A DNA stretch of 64,000 bases from Trichosphaerium sp. ATCC 40318 (Eukaryota > Protista > Tubulinea). Below are positions 21,060 to 34,262 of this stretch, piece after piece. Made by a program: the position numbers and the translations under genes. Where the stretch lies: assembly GCA_038496445.1 (NCBI GenBank), contig JALMLS010000027.1:1-64000 (forward strand), read 5' to 3'. Position 1 is the stretch's first letter, and each line of letters starts with the position of its first letter. Below the pieces are notes generated by a model. The model was not told where the DNA came from, made no database searches, and saw only the letters and a program-made list of their open reading frames with translations.

Positions 21060-22478
21060 ATGGATACAATTGCAGGCACTTCAAAGAGCGGCGTAGCAAA
21101 GAAAAAACGCAAGTTTGAAGAAATTGCAACGGAAACGCCCCTGCATATCAGCTACGTCACCAACAGGAACCAAGCCTTAAAAATGGGGCATCTGATCGAT
21201 AATCCGCTCTTATCTGATGTCACATTTTTTGTTGGTACTATTACATCTCTTTGTAATACACCACACGCGAAATAACGATTTAAATAGGTTATGAGAAGAA
21301 AAGAATTCATGCTCATAAAGTTTTCCTTGTGGCTCACTCTGAACCGTTTCATGCGATGTAAGCCATCTAACCATAGTTTGATTATCGTGTCAAATATCTT
21401 TTACAATCTGTACAGGTTTTGTAAAGGATTCTCAGAGTCAACAAAGAAAGAAATTGCGATTCCGAATATTTCAAGCGAAATCTTCCTGAAACTACTCGTA
21501 TATGTGTATACCGGCCAATTACAACTTGCCAAAGGTATGGCGGACTTGGATAGCTAAACAAAAGCAGAACTAACAATTATTTTAAGATGACATGGAATTT
21601 AGCGTCAATCTACTACTGGCTGCCAATCAGTATGCTATAGAGGGTCTAAAAACTATATGTAAACAGCATATAGAAACTACAATGACAAGCGAGAACGTTG
21701 TGACGATCTTGAGTTGTGCAAGGTGAGGAACCTTTTTTTTTTACAAAGTGTTTTTTAAAGCAGTTTGTTAAATCCTCTTAAGCCAACTTAATTCACCGGA
21801 TCTATATGATATGGCATTCGCACACTGTGAAACACACTTAGGAGAAGTCATACAGACGGACAGCTTTCTATGTTTGTCACCTAGCAACATGTTAAAGTTT
21901 GTTCCATCCGGTTAGTAGTTGTCATACAACTCACTCTGCTAATATCTTTGTTTTATCCATCTAGAAAAAATAGATGTCAGTGAAACCAGGCTATTTGAGA
22001 GTGTGTTGAAATGGGGAATAAACCAATTTTACGAGCAGAAAGGGAAAACAATACCAAAAAAAGATTCAAAGAAACGCCACCGGATGGATATTCGTCAATG
22101 GAGTAATGAGGATAAGCAAGAGCTTGCACATATCCTTAAAGATATTATAATACATATAAGGTTCCCTCTTATGAGTAGTGACGAACTCTGGGACTGCGTT
22201 GCCCCTTACGAAGTACGATTTCCGCTATCAAAGATTGTTTGGCATCATACGGGAAAACAAGCTTCTAACTCTTAACCTTCTAGGATGTAGTTGGTAAAAA
22301 CTTACTGGATGAGGCTTTCAGGTATAAGGCACTAAAACACAGAAAGCTACCAGTGTTTGAAGGCGTTAGATATAAACCAAGGTATGTTTTTTATTTTTAA
22401 TTAATTTTGTTACAAAATTATTTAACTGTGCGTAGAGCAAGCAGTCCTCAATCTCAAATCCATCTCATTCGCATGTAA
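21060..22478 (+). CDS. BTB-BACK domain protein (BTBD1/2/3/6-like Cullin3 adaptor)
   Basis: LSDVTFFVG, AHKVFLVAHSEPFHAM, FSESTKKEIAIPNISSEIFLKLLVYVYTG, LLAANQYAIEGLKTIC, SETRLFESVLKWG, HIRFPLMS. Confidence 0.85.
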
Positions 22479-22726
22479 TAAATGTACATTATCAACACTG
22501 GCGTCATTCCACTAATCAACCACTAACGTGTAGACAGAAATCAATGTGTTAGCGAATTCTTTCTTTTTTTTTGATGTAGTGTCGCTTGTTGCACGTGCAC
22601 TTTGTTAAGTATTCAAGTACAACAAATACCAGCAGTGTGCTCCACAGCAGTATTCTAGGTCGTTTTCTACAAGAACCTAGCTTAAACACCAATAATCATT
22701 TAAGATTACTTGGTTAGTACTGCATT

Positions 22727-24796
22727 ATGAGCGTTAAACGTAAGGCCAATGCCTTCGATCTGCTCATGAACGCAGGCAAGAAGAAGCGTAAGGTGGTAAA
22801 AACTCCACCAAAGCCTAAACACAATTGGAACGCGCATGTACCCGCAGGGACCGTTGTTAGGTCAATAAATGATGTGTTGGCGCCTAAGAAAGGTATGCAC
22901 ATGTATTTTGTAGCCGTTATGTAATTTCAATAGCCGAGGCATTTAAAAAACCTGTAAAGCCTGTCAAAGAGAAGAAGCGCACATCTAAGTTTGGCAACGG
23001 CATTGAAGAAACGTTTTGTTTGACATACGCTGAATCACCTCCAAGCTACACTTGTGACTTTGTTAAAGGCCACCAACAATGCCACCAACCATCAAACGCG
23101 GCTGATTCAGTTCCACAACCCTTATCAAAAGCTCAACTTGAACAGAACCAAAAAGCTCTCAACGCACTTAAAAGGAATAATAAGAACGCAGACATCAAAT
23201 CTGACACCGAGAATTTTCTACACTATTTCAATTTGGAAACCGCCAATTCTTTCGATAAGAAAGACTCTGATACAGTTGGTTCACCTGAGTCTCGCAAGAG
23301 ATATACAAGGTCGTTCGACCAACAGTTCTTTCAATGCGCTCCGTGCCGTTCAAAAATTGAAATAGCAACAGACTCCTTTTGGGCGTCACAAGTCGTTGTT
23401 AGGAAGGGATATGGCGACAAGAACATGGATTTGCATATCTCTACAAACATCAAGCAACCACCAATGCCAAACAACCGGTACAAACGCTTGCCAAGTTTTT
23501 TTGAGTTTTTTTTTTGAATAATTTGTAAAGTTCTTTTAGCTACGTTGCAGATTTACCTCTACCCGTTTCGGTACTTAAAAGCCTTCTACAAAAGAGTGTC
23601 AGGAGAAAATTCTTGCAAGGCGCTGTTAAAGCAGCAATACTGCTACTGGACAAGTACGACAATGAAGTGTATTCCGCCTCCTTTTCTCACTTTTTTCTAG
23701 TTCTGAATCCGATTTCTTGCGACGATTGATAGTTATAATGATGGAAGACGCTGTAGTACATCCACAATTACCTCTTATCACATGGTTCGTTAAAATATTC
23801 ACGTGATAATCCTTGAGCTTATAAAAAATACAGGTGGATGATTGCGTCCACAAAGGGATTTCAGCTCCCTGAAGACATTCGTCGTTTATGCTTGGATATC
23901 GTAGTCCAAATGACTGAATTGGATTGGAAAGACTCATGGAAACTTGTTCGCACGGCAGACCCACATATTGCATACGTACGCTGGTAATAATTTTATTGCT
24001 CTTATGTGTCCATAGAGGCCAACACCTGAGGACTTGGAAAAACTAGAACCCACAGAACGAAACATTGTCAAGTCATTAATGATTAGATCTTGTTACGGTG
24101 GTATGAAGGGTGATATTGTTATGCTCAATGAGTTTGTTGAATTATGGTACTTACGATTCTCTGGAGCCATAAAGCCGCCACGTACATAGTCATTTTTTTA
24201 TTACCAAAACAGTATTGAAGTTGTTGTTTAGCCAATTGCTCTTCTTGGATGGATTTATTAAATACAATGTATTCTGATATGCGAACATTTACATACTATG
24301 ACTTATCTCCTTTGACGAGACAAGATGTCCTTCTTGATGCATGTGACTTTCACTGCACAAATCAGGTACTACTTGTTGTACTACGTAGTGCTCATTCAAT
24401 GTGTTATAGGTATATAAATTACTTCAGGAGCCTGAAGATCATGAAAGATATACTATGGATTTGATTCATATGTATGATGACTATCATGTTGATGCTGAAG
24501 AACGTATTAAGAAGTTTATATGGTACTACACAAAATTAAATATTACCATTTCTCTCACTTGTGGACTTACTCTTTTGCGATAGGTGGTGTCGTTCTGGAT
24601 TAAATATAAAAACGTTCATTATGGATCCATGTACAACTTTAGACAAAACTTACGAGGTATGAAAAGTTGTCAAAAGGTTGTACAACAAAGTAACACTTTT
24701 ATCTTCTTTTTGTAGATCAAAACTATTTACAACAAGATGAAATATTCATTAGATTGTATTGCTTATAAGTACATTGTCAATAAAATACGTTGGTAA
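22727..24796 (+). CDS. Conserved hypothetical protein with a RarA/MgsA C-terminal-like helical motif and YGGM/DFH motifs
   Basis: VLKSLLQKSVRRK, FLRRLIVIMMEDAVVHP, IRSCYGGMKGD, ACDFHCT and WCRSGLNIK across about 10 exons. No Walker A seen. Confidence 0.6.
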
Positions 24797-24926
24797 TTTG
24801 ATAAACAAGTCTTGTACAAACGCAACAGATGATTGGATGTCTGACATCAAAAGAAATAAACATCAGATTTGGAAGTGATTAGCGTTTGTGTTTATTTGGG
24901 CTAAGGCTTTTACAACGTACAAACAT

Positions 24927-25837
24927 CTAAGTTTTAACATATGTATCACAATCAGGTGCTGTGCCTAGTGTTGGTGTTCCTTTAAAGAAGTACGCTCTAT
25001 CAGGCTTTAGAACAATCTTAGGAGGACCATTAAACACGGTTGTCTTTTTACTGAACACCATAAAGGTTATCTTAGGGTGGTCATTGGCGTGCTTTGTAGC
25101 ACTATCTACAGTTGTATGGTGCCATTCGTCAATACGGTTGGACCAGTCTTTTCCTGTTTGACAATAGCCTTTGTGAGGTACCCAAATAGGATCCCATTTT
25201 GTTAGTTGCTTACGAAGACCTCCTTTGGTAATAGCCAAATCATCATCGTTACCACAGTTCATCCTAGAAGCAATAAGGAGAAGACAGTTTTTTGTTTTAA
25301 TGGCGAGTTTGTAACGTACCTTACTGTTCTTCCTTTGCAACTAACCATCAGGTTAATGGTGTCAGCGCCCAATAATCCAGCCCATCCAGAAACAGTTAGG
25401 TAATCGCTGTATCCGGTATCATAGACATCCTTAGTCTACACAAAACGATCAATAGGCAAAAAGACAGATGTAAAAGAAAAAGAAGAAAAAAAGCGAACCT
25501 GTCCTGGCTTGATCAAAATGGAGTTGTTCTTAAACCACTCTATGATTTGTACAGTTCCTTCGATAGGTCTTCCAATAGCAGCAAGAGGTCCAGCAGTTAC
25601 AGCCCAAGCGACTTTTGCTACTTTCCACAAATCTTGTAGAGTTTTGATTGCATCCGGAATATCGGCACCAACAGCAACACCTCTGAGTTCTTCAACCCCA
25701 AGTGCCATTAAAGTAGCGTCAAGGAATAAATCTGCAAGAAGATACCCAGGACGTTCACTTGCAATAACATAGGCATCCTCTTTCGTTAGGTTTGTTACCC
25801 ATAGTTTTTTCTTTAAGAGACCTTCTTCGTGTGCCAT
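24927..25837 (-). CDS. Hypothetical protein with an Ala/Val-rich helical N-domain and a small C-terminal domain
   Basis: Three long exons joined by GT-AG introns; no recognised family. Confidence 0.65.
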
Positions 25838-26223
25838 TTTTTTTTGTTGTCTTGTTGTTGATTATACTTGTCGTTGTTAATCAGATACTGTCGTATGATT
25901 TATGGTTATTTTAAGATCTGATTCTGAGTGCACAAACTTAACAACTCAAATCCTTTTCATTGAATAGGAAGTAGCGTATTCGTTTTCCATTCCTTTTCCG
26001 TACCTAAAATAATTAACAATAGTACAACGAGGTTGTTATTAATGCAATGATTGAGTGGTGAATCAATTTCTGCAGTACAACGCTCTTTATTGTTCTATTG
26101 TTTCTCTAAGAAAGGCTACAAGGAAAAAAAATGTTAGCAAACGAAGGTTAAGTTCAACATTCAACTCAATATTGAATCAAGTCACTCATTTGGTCTTAAT
26201 AATATAACTGCCGTGGCACGTAG

Positions 26224-28042
26224 ATGGAGCCTTCGACTGACGATTCAATAAAAGCAAATAAAGGGATTAATCACACTCTTGAAGTATTAAGGCTTAGGAG
26301 ACTCATAGTATCCCTTGAAAATGCGTCCGCTGTCGGTAAAAAGCAATTATTATGTAGTGTACTCCTACCGCCAAACGATTCGCTTCAACGTATCAAAAGC
26401 CTTTTAAAAGAGTACAAGGTACTAGTTCCAGGCACAAAATCGGCAAAATCAGTTAGGTAAGCATATCTACAACATACGCTCACAAACATATCTAAATCGC
26501 TTTGCAGTGATAAATCTGTGCGTCACATAATAGATAAAGTGCAATCAATACTCATCCCAATGAAAACGGCACCACCAAACGGATTTGTACGATAAAACAT
26601 CTCACACTTATTTATTACGCGCTTAGACGCGTATTAAATTACTTTTCAGGTAATCTACACAGGATACGTTGAGATGGAATCAGGACGAGAAAAAATGATG
26701 TGTACCTCTTTTGAACCGCTTAGACCACTCCATTGTAGTATGTATTGTGTTGACTCGGTATTCAAAACCGATGGATTGCAAGGCCAATTCACATCAGTAA
26801 GTTGCTATCAAAATTACTCTTTAGTCACGTGATTTTTTTTTGGAGGTGTTGAGTGTTTTAGGCTCGTAAGTATGGTGTCGTAGTTATGGATGGTCATGGT
26901 TGTCTTCTTGCAAAGATGCATGGAGATAAAAAAGAGATATTAAAGACAATAGCAGTGTCATTACCGTCAAAACATAAAAAAGGTGGACAGTCATCACGTA
27001 AGTGTTTTTAAAATGAAGTCTTCAATTTTATGTTTTCGTTAGTCACCTTTTGGGTGCTCAAACCGTTTCAATTAAACCCTTGCACATCTTTACATGCAAG
27101 TAACAAAACGTATTTACCACTAGCAGAATTTGTTCAGGCACGAAACCTGTGCCTGTACACTGACGCAACTTTCACAGAATGACATTGTTTTTTAACACGT
27201 ATTTTTAGAACGCTTTCAGAGGCTACGTGTTGAGAAGAGAAATGTTTACATAAAAAAAGTAACAGAGCTTATGATTCAATGCTATATTGAAAATAATATA
27301 CCTTCTGTTCATGGTATAATCCTTTCAGGATCAGGAAGTCTAAAAAATGAACTTTCAAAGCACTCCACGCTTGATCAAAGACTATCAAAGATTATAGTTA
27401 AGGTACTTGATGTTTCATACGGTGGAGAGAACGGATTAGCACAGACAATGAGTCTATGCGATGATTTATTGGAAGATATTGAGCTGGTTGCTCAAAAAGC
27501 GAGTTTGGCAAAATTTTATAGTGTTGTAAGTCAAGATGATTCATTAGCATGTTATGGTCTTGATACAGTAATGTATGCTGTATCAGAAGGTGCAGTTAAG
27601 ACTCTATATATTGCAGAAGATCTAGACATACATAGAGTTTGTCTAGATGCCAAAGGCGCCACAGAAAGGTTAGTAGTTTGCCAATTGTTTCAAAAAAACT
27701 TGATTTGGTTTTTTTTTTCAATATTTAAGCGCAAGTGATGGAGAACTAATGATGTTTATGTTTAGGATAAAGTACTTGACATTATCACAACAAGAAGACG
27801 ATATAAATCTTCGAGATTCATCAAATGTACAACTTGCAATTCAAGATTCTTCACCGCTCATTGAGTGGCTTATTGATACAAACAGTAAACATGGCATTGA
27901 AGTTATTGTTGTCACTAATCAGAGTGCAGAAGGTGAACAGTTTTGTAAAGGGTTTAGCATTGGTGCTATATTAAAATATAAGGTTCACTTTCCTGAAGAA
28001 AAGGTACTTGGCCTTTCAACATCATTTGAATGGGACATGTAA
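26224..28042 (+). CDS. Divergent eukaryotic release factor 1 (eRF1) paralog
   Basis: PPNGF-VIYTG, FEPLRP, YGVVVMDGHG, LPSKHKKGGQSSQRFQRLR, LDVSYGGENGL, EGEQFCKGFSIGAILKY. TASNIKS and YxCxxxF are degenerate. Confidence 0.9.
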
Positions 28043-28228
28043 AATAAATAAAGTTCAAAAAATACCAAAAAAAAAAACATGCAATAAGACTTTTCAGCAC
28101 GCTCAAAAAAACAAGGAAAACACGAGACAATAACAACGGAAGTTGAATAGAAGGAAATTTGTACATTCTAATTTACAAAAAAAACCAATGACACGCATGC
28201 AAGGCTTCTTTTTTTTTGTTTTTTTTTC

Positions 28229-31200
28229 TTAAAGCCCGCGATAGATTTTACCAACTTGTAAGACAACACATGACGTATGGTCCATAATACCTGGATATAA
28301 TGATTTATCTCTAGGCTCTGCTTTCAATGTTGGGTTTTGTTCCATGTACTCACTAAAGTAAAACAGTCAACAAACGTAAACAATTATTTATTGGTTCCTT
28401 TGAAGGTCTGCTACGTACCGTAAAGCAGTTGTATTCCTCACACAAAAGTCAATAACTGTCCGCGTAACTACACGTGGGGTAATAGGATCATCAAGTTCAT
28501 TAATGAGCTTTGATAGAAAGCTCTGTCTATACCTACAAAATATTGTTAGTTGAAAATCAAACAGACACGTGGGATGGTACCAGTCACGGAATAACCGACC
28601 CTTTTGAGGGTCCATCTTATCCCAAGAAGATAGAGAAGCATCATCCAACTAAATACTAGAGTGAGCTCGATATTTCCACAAAGAAATAATAAAGACAAGT
28701 TAAATACAAAAAAAAGGTTCTTACATTCCGCTTATCACGCTCCATTTGTGTTGAATTAATCAGCCTCTGTACATCCCTTGGAATCAAGCCATTATATTCT
28801 GGATTAAGGTTCTGATGTAGTCCTGCTGATACAACAAGTATCATATCTTCTTCCTATCAAACAATTACTTCACCATGCACGATACCAAATAATAAGATGT
28901 AAGAAAACATACCTCACAAGCACGCTGATATATCTTCATGTTACGCAAATCAGGAGATCCATTATAAACAAAAGGACCAAGAGTACCACCCGCATCACCA
29001 CGGATATGCTCACAATTCCTAGCTGTAATATCTTGAACATGACCTGTCTTTCGATGCCAATGGTAAGCCTTGCAAGTAAAAATAAGCCACAAGTGCATCA
29101 TCAACTAGTACTAAATTACCTTGCAGTCGCCAACACCAATACACATGAAACACCATGCCTTCTCTCTGTTGTCTTCATGACGTCCAACCTTAACTACTTG
29201 TTAGTTCTACAATTTCTGCATTGAACGTCTCTTACCTCAGTTAATAGGCCACCTAAAAAGCTACATGTCCCAGCAGAGAATAAATCAGTTTCTCTTCCAG
29301 CAATAATACCTTCATGAGCAGCAGCAAGACTTTCAACAAGAGATAACCCAACATCTTTGAGATTCCCACAAGAATCTTGATTACGTAGAAGAGCTTCCAA
29401 GAAACGTTTTGTAGCAACATTTGCGACCCTCAATGATCGCATACCATATTTACATCCATCAGCTAACGCTACTGCCATACGATTCTTATAAGCAACAAAA
29501 CGGTATCTAAAAATAAGTCATTGACATTAAATTGACAAGGTGTAAGCGTACTTGTCTGAAATTGGATCGCCAACGAAACCCATTGTCAAATTGCTATTAA
29601 ACATCGTTAGAAAAACGAGCTACAGTGGGTTGTTTAATTGTTTTAACAAGCGTACTTGAAAGGCATTGTAGATACTGTTCTAGCAGCTACAACATCTGTA
29701 AATCTTTCAGCTGTAATATCTTCAGGACCTTCAAACACAATGTAAGTAAATTTTTCTACGACGATTTTTTTTTGTTGGTGTTAAGTACCAGGTCCATCCA
29801 ATCTGATTATATCTTTTCCACCACAAGCAACAAGTCGCACTTGTTCAGAAAAAGGTTTTAGCATATCTTCTAAACTCTTTCCCTTGTTTTGTTTTACAAG
29901 AGCTTCAACAAAAGAGGGTGACCGAATTGATTTTTCTAGAAACAAAGAGGATAGTCAGAGCTAAAGTGTTTCATTCAAACAAAAAAATAGGGTTACCTAG
30001 CCGTCCTATCTTATAAGTGGCTGTAGCACTCTCCATAAATGTTGTTGCTGTACTTGGTACAGACTCACTACCAAGTTCACCTTGGCGGATACGAGGAGAC
30101 TAAAACAAAGTATAAGCACGATGCATCGCACAACAATCATTACAAAGAGTGTCTAACTTACTGCTTGGTACAATACTGTATTAGATCGGGGCTTGCTATC
30201 AGGTCTTCTAGGAGATACGTGATTAGTAGCAAAGCTTCTTGCTTCTTTATCATGGACATCTATAATCTTATGTAAGTCGACAGAACTCTCCAAGGCATAA
30301 AACAAGGTTTTGTACTGTGCTTTGCCAGCCGTTTGGAGTAAGACTGGAGTCCCCGAATAAGTTTATCTATATCTTTAACCCATGATTTACGTTCTTCTAA
30401 CGTAGCAGAGCTAAATACTACTTTGTGACCATGTGAAGTAACTTGAAACCGATTTTGTAAAACTACACAGTCAAAGAAAAAAAAAACATTGCAAGAATTA
30501 AATTAACCATCATTGTAAGGATACACTGTGAATCTAACATTGTCTGGCAATCGCCTCCATAAAGCGAGAGAGAAGTGACGAATGATTTTTCATTAGAAAC
30601 CTCATTGATCTACCAATCATGCGTCAGTAATGTTGCGAATTAAAAAAAGATTATCTTCTGGTCAATGCAAGAAGAAATTTAAATTGAAGCTTCATTGGTT
30701 ACCTCAGCAATTATAATAATGTCACTAAGCAAATATACATAACCTTTCTTTAGTTTTCCTTTATCACTTATCCAATGTAAAGGACCTTCACGGACAAACG
30801 CGCGTAATTCTTTTCCAATCAGATTCTAAACAAAAAACTCGTTACGCAACCATTAAAAAAAAATCTATATTCGTGTCGCTAGAACAAGAGAGAGATAAAT
30901 AAATGGGGTGGAAATTAAAAAAATTACATTGACATCGTCACATGTTTTTGAAATATCTGACAAGTGTCATTGTTTTTTTTTTCTCGTAGTCACATGTACG
31001 GTACGGTACAGTCATTAGAGTGCTAATCCCGATAAATTTTTTTCAAAACAATAAACAGGGTGCACCGCACATGCTCTTGTTCGCGTCCTACGCGCTTAAT
31101 TCGCTGACCTATAAAATATATACATACAGAGCCTGATTGGACAGGTAAATAACGAACCGGAACGTTGCCTTTTAGGGAATTGCTAATTGTAACCAATTTT

Positions 31201-32798
31201 TGTAGTTTCTGTGCTTCTGCTTTGTACGAGCTAATCTCTTGATTTATACCACTAACCTCTCGCAATGATTTACGAAGATCAGTGTAGTCCACGTGATTTG
31301 AAGGAGTGAGGACGGATATCTCCTAAAAAAAACAAGTTAGAGAAGAGAGAACCGCAAAGACAAGCGTCCAATTAAAAATCCAGGTTAATTGTCTATGAAG
31401 GTGAAAAACAGCTTTTTTGTACCTTGAGGAGTATTTGATACTCTTCTATGCGCGCAATTGGTTGTAATAATAGTGTGGGCAAAGGTAAACATACACCCGA
31501 ACTCATTGCGTCATTTGCAGCAAAAGATCTCTGCGCTTTCTATTTCGAATATTTAATTAAAAAGCATTCCAAAACAGACGAACCTCTAAAAATGTTGCTA
31601 GTGGTGCATTCTTTTTTTTAATCTTGTGCAAGGTTTCCAAAGCTTCTAAATAACCCTTGGAGTAAACAGTATACTGCTCTCGTAGATCCTTGAGCTAAAG
31701 AAAAAATAAATATGGAATTTTCGATTGTACCGGTTTTTTCAATCGTACCTGTTCTGCTACTACAGCGCCAATATAAAGCGGTTTGCCAGGCCATTCTCTA
31801 TTCATTTTTTCAAATTGTGCCCAAGTAAGCTTTGTTACATCTTTGATTTTATCAATATTTTGAAAAACTTTTGTGATATTCTTCTCACTCATCAACTTCT
31901 CATTTGTTCGTAATTTTAACGGATGAACGTATGTCTGAATACTACGTAAATAATTCAAGTATAATGACACAAAAAGAATAAGTTGATTAACAACACAATC
32001 GCGATTAATTTTTTTTTTGGATCCAAGAAAAATAATGGCGTTGTACTGCACGTAATTATGCTTGTTTGTAGTTGACGCACCTCATAAAGCAATACTAAGC
32101 TATGAAAATATTGTTTTTCAGACTCAAGAAGTTCTTTAAAGATATCTACACGCTTACGAAGCTCCTTTGCAGCAGGTGATTTCAAAAATATTGCAGCTGT
32201 AATTAAAAAAGTACATTGTTAGTGTTGACACTAAGAAAGGAAATAGTAACCAATTAATTAAGTACTACGCGAAATTGAAGTGATTTGTAACAGCTTCGCG
32301 GTTTTCTGAGCTTCTAGTAGAAAAAAAAAATGTACGCCTTATTTACGGCTTTCTCATCAACAAATTGCTCACTATGGAGGATTACGAACGTACCACATGT
32401 TGAAAGACTTCTACGGCGTAGCCACCGTTTGACAATACGCTGGCAGCTTCGTATGCTTTCAATATCAGCGTCATTCTAAAATAGGGTTTGAGTAGAACAA
32501 ATAACATTTGGCTCGATTGAGCTATTTTCTGCAGCACCTTATAAGGCGCAAGTACGCGGCTATGCTGGGCATCTGACGCACTCGTTGCAGACAATACGCC
32601 GTGGTACTGTACGATCAGTTGGTCTACTTCTGAAAGCGCGTCATTCACGCTGTCACCATACTTCTCTTGCAAGGTTTGTATTTCATAGCGCAAATTGGAT
32701 ATATTGTGAGGACATTCGTCCTTTTCCAAATCTTCAGGTTCAGCCAAATCTAACAGCCCTGCCTCGAAGCGGTTGCGATTCGCTCTGTTAGATTGCAT
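28229..32798 (-). CDS. RhoGEF (DH-PH) protein fused to a C-terminal PP2C-like (CG9801-type) domain, probably catalytically impaired
   Basis: DIFKELLESEKQYFHSL, LLLQPIARIEEYQILLK, FVREGPL, YVYLLSDIIIIA; then ALADGCKYG, GVGDCK, DAGGTLGP, SAGLHQNLNPE and PGIMDHTSCV. Confidence 0.8.
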
Positions 32799-32987
32799 AG
32801 TATTTTATGCAAGCGTGTGCAGTGGTTTTCTATGTAATTATGTTTTGTACGCAAAAATGCAAAACAGTCGTTGTAGTACTACGCGGTGGGCAACTTAATA
32901 TCGGTTAAACGTAATCCGTAAAAAAAACGCTCAAAACTAGTCAACTAAGCACTGTTCCTTTTTTTATTAGGACTATTTCAGGCAAAG

Positions 32988-33406
32988 ATGAGCGTACGCA
33001 TTCATTTTGAGCACCAAAATCGCTATAAATCGAGGATTTTAAAAAAACACGAGCAAATATTGTTTTAAACTATATCAACTGATCCTTGGGTAGGTTCAAC
33101 CAACAAACCCAAAGCCATTTCTTAAGAAGCTCACTGGTCAGTTTGTTATGGTTAAATTGAAGTGGGGAATGGAATACAGAGGCTGTTTAGTGTCTGTAGA
33201 TAACTACATGAACCTACAGGCAAGTTCTTTGCCAAAGTTTTGTTCTCTGTACCACTTACACAGTATAGTTACAAGACACAGAAGAGTTCGTAGACGGGAA
33301 GATTACAGCTCACCTTGGTCAAGCGCTTATCCGCTGCAATAATGTCCTTTATATTCGCGCAGCAAACGACGGTGGCGCAGCTGGTGATGACATGGATGAA
33401 AGCTAA
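32988..33406 (+). CDS. SNRPF: Small nuclear ribonucleoprotein F (SmF)
   Basis: [38 protein letters not shown] / [10 protein letters not shown]...[11 protein letters not shown]. The second intron (33220-33268) is GC-AG. Confidence 0.95.
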
Positions 33407-33758
33407 GCGATTTGATGTTTTAAACGTCAAAAAAAAAGGGTGTACATACATCAATAGCGATATTTCGCTTGCGAACAAGCGATGATACAGTTTTAAAAGC
33501 GGTTCATTGCAAAATAAAACTCGGTGGCACAAAAATAAGCAAATAATCAGACAGTCACTCATCTATTCATAACGATATCAAAAGGCGCTACAGTGTTCCT
33601 TTTAGATTCTCTGATACGAACCATTTAGTCTACAAAAAAAACATTTCAACCAAAACACAAAAAAACCAATTAAAAAAAAACGGTACTCTACAATTTCTTT
33701 TATTTTTTTATTACATAATTTATAACGCCTTGGCGAAACGTCAAAGAAAAAAAAAGTG

Positions 33759-34262
33759 TCAGTTTCCGAATTTTCTATTGTCACGTTCTATAGTGTCTAT
33801 GCTTGGTAATGCGCCTGGGTACTGGTAATAATATTGTTGTCCATGTGATATAGGTGGTAATCTAATGCTTTGGGGTGTGGGTGCTTGTTTGTGACGCCAT
33901 GTGATTTCGCTTTCTGCAATGGTAAATGGTGTTCTACATTGAGTTGAAGTATAATTTGTAGGTTGTAGTTGAGGAGGGGGAACTGCTTGGTGAACAAAAA
34001 TATGCTGGCGTTTTCTAGCAATTTGAGGCAAAGGCTCTGATTTACGTTTATTGGTTCGTCGTTCTTGTTGTAACGATGGTTCTAGTAAGTAACCTGAAGG
34101 GCCATAATGGGTACTTCGGGTAGAGATTGAATAGGTCTCACGCGATGGAGACGATTGTAATTCTACTAGCGCTGCAGCGGCTAATTGTTCGCTTGTTGAT
34201 TGAAAATGCGCTTGCGCTCGTGTTCTAGGTTTAATATACGGGTATGAATATCGTTGGCTCAT
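33759..34262 (-). CDS. Intronless low-complexity (P/Q/S/T) protein with short putative co-repressor motifs
   Basis: 167-aa ORF containing EQLAAAALVEL, IRLPPISH, LPSID and the basic stretch KRKSE...RKR. Confidence 0.55.
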   Translation of the reverse strand: MSQRYSYPYIKPRTRAQAHFQSTSEQLAAAALVELQSSPSRETYSISTRSTHYGPSGYLLEPSLQQERRTNKRKSEPLPQIARKRQHIFVHQAVPPPQLQPTNYTSTQCRTPFTIAESEITWRHKQAPTPQSIRLPPISHGQQYYYQYPGALPSIDTIERDNRKFGN

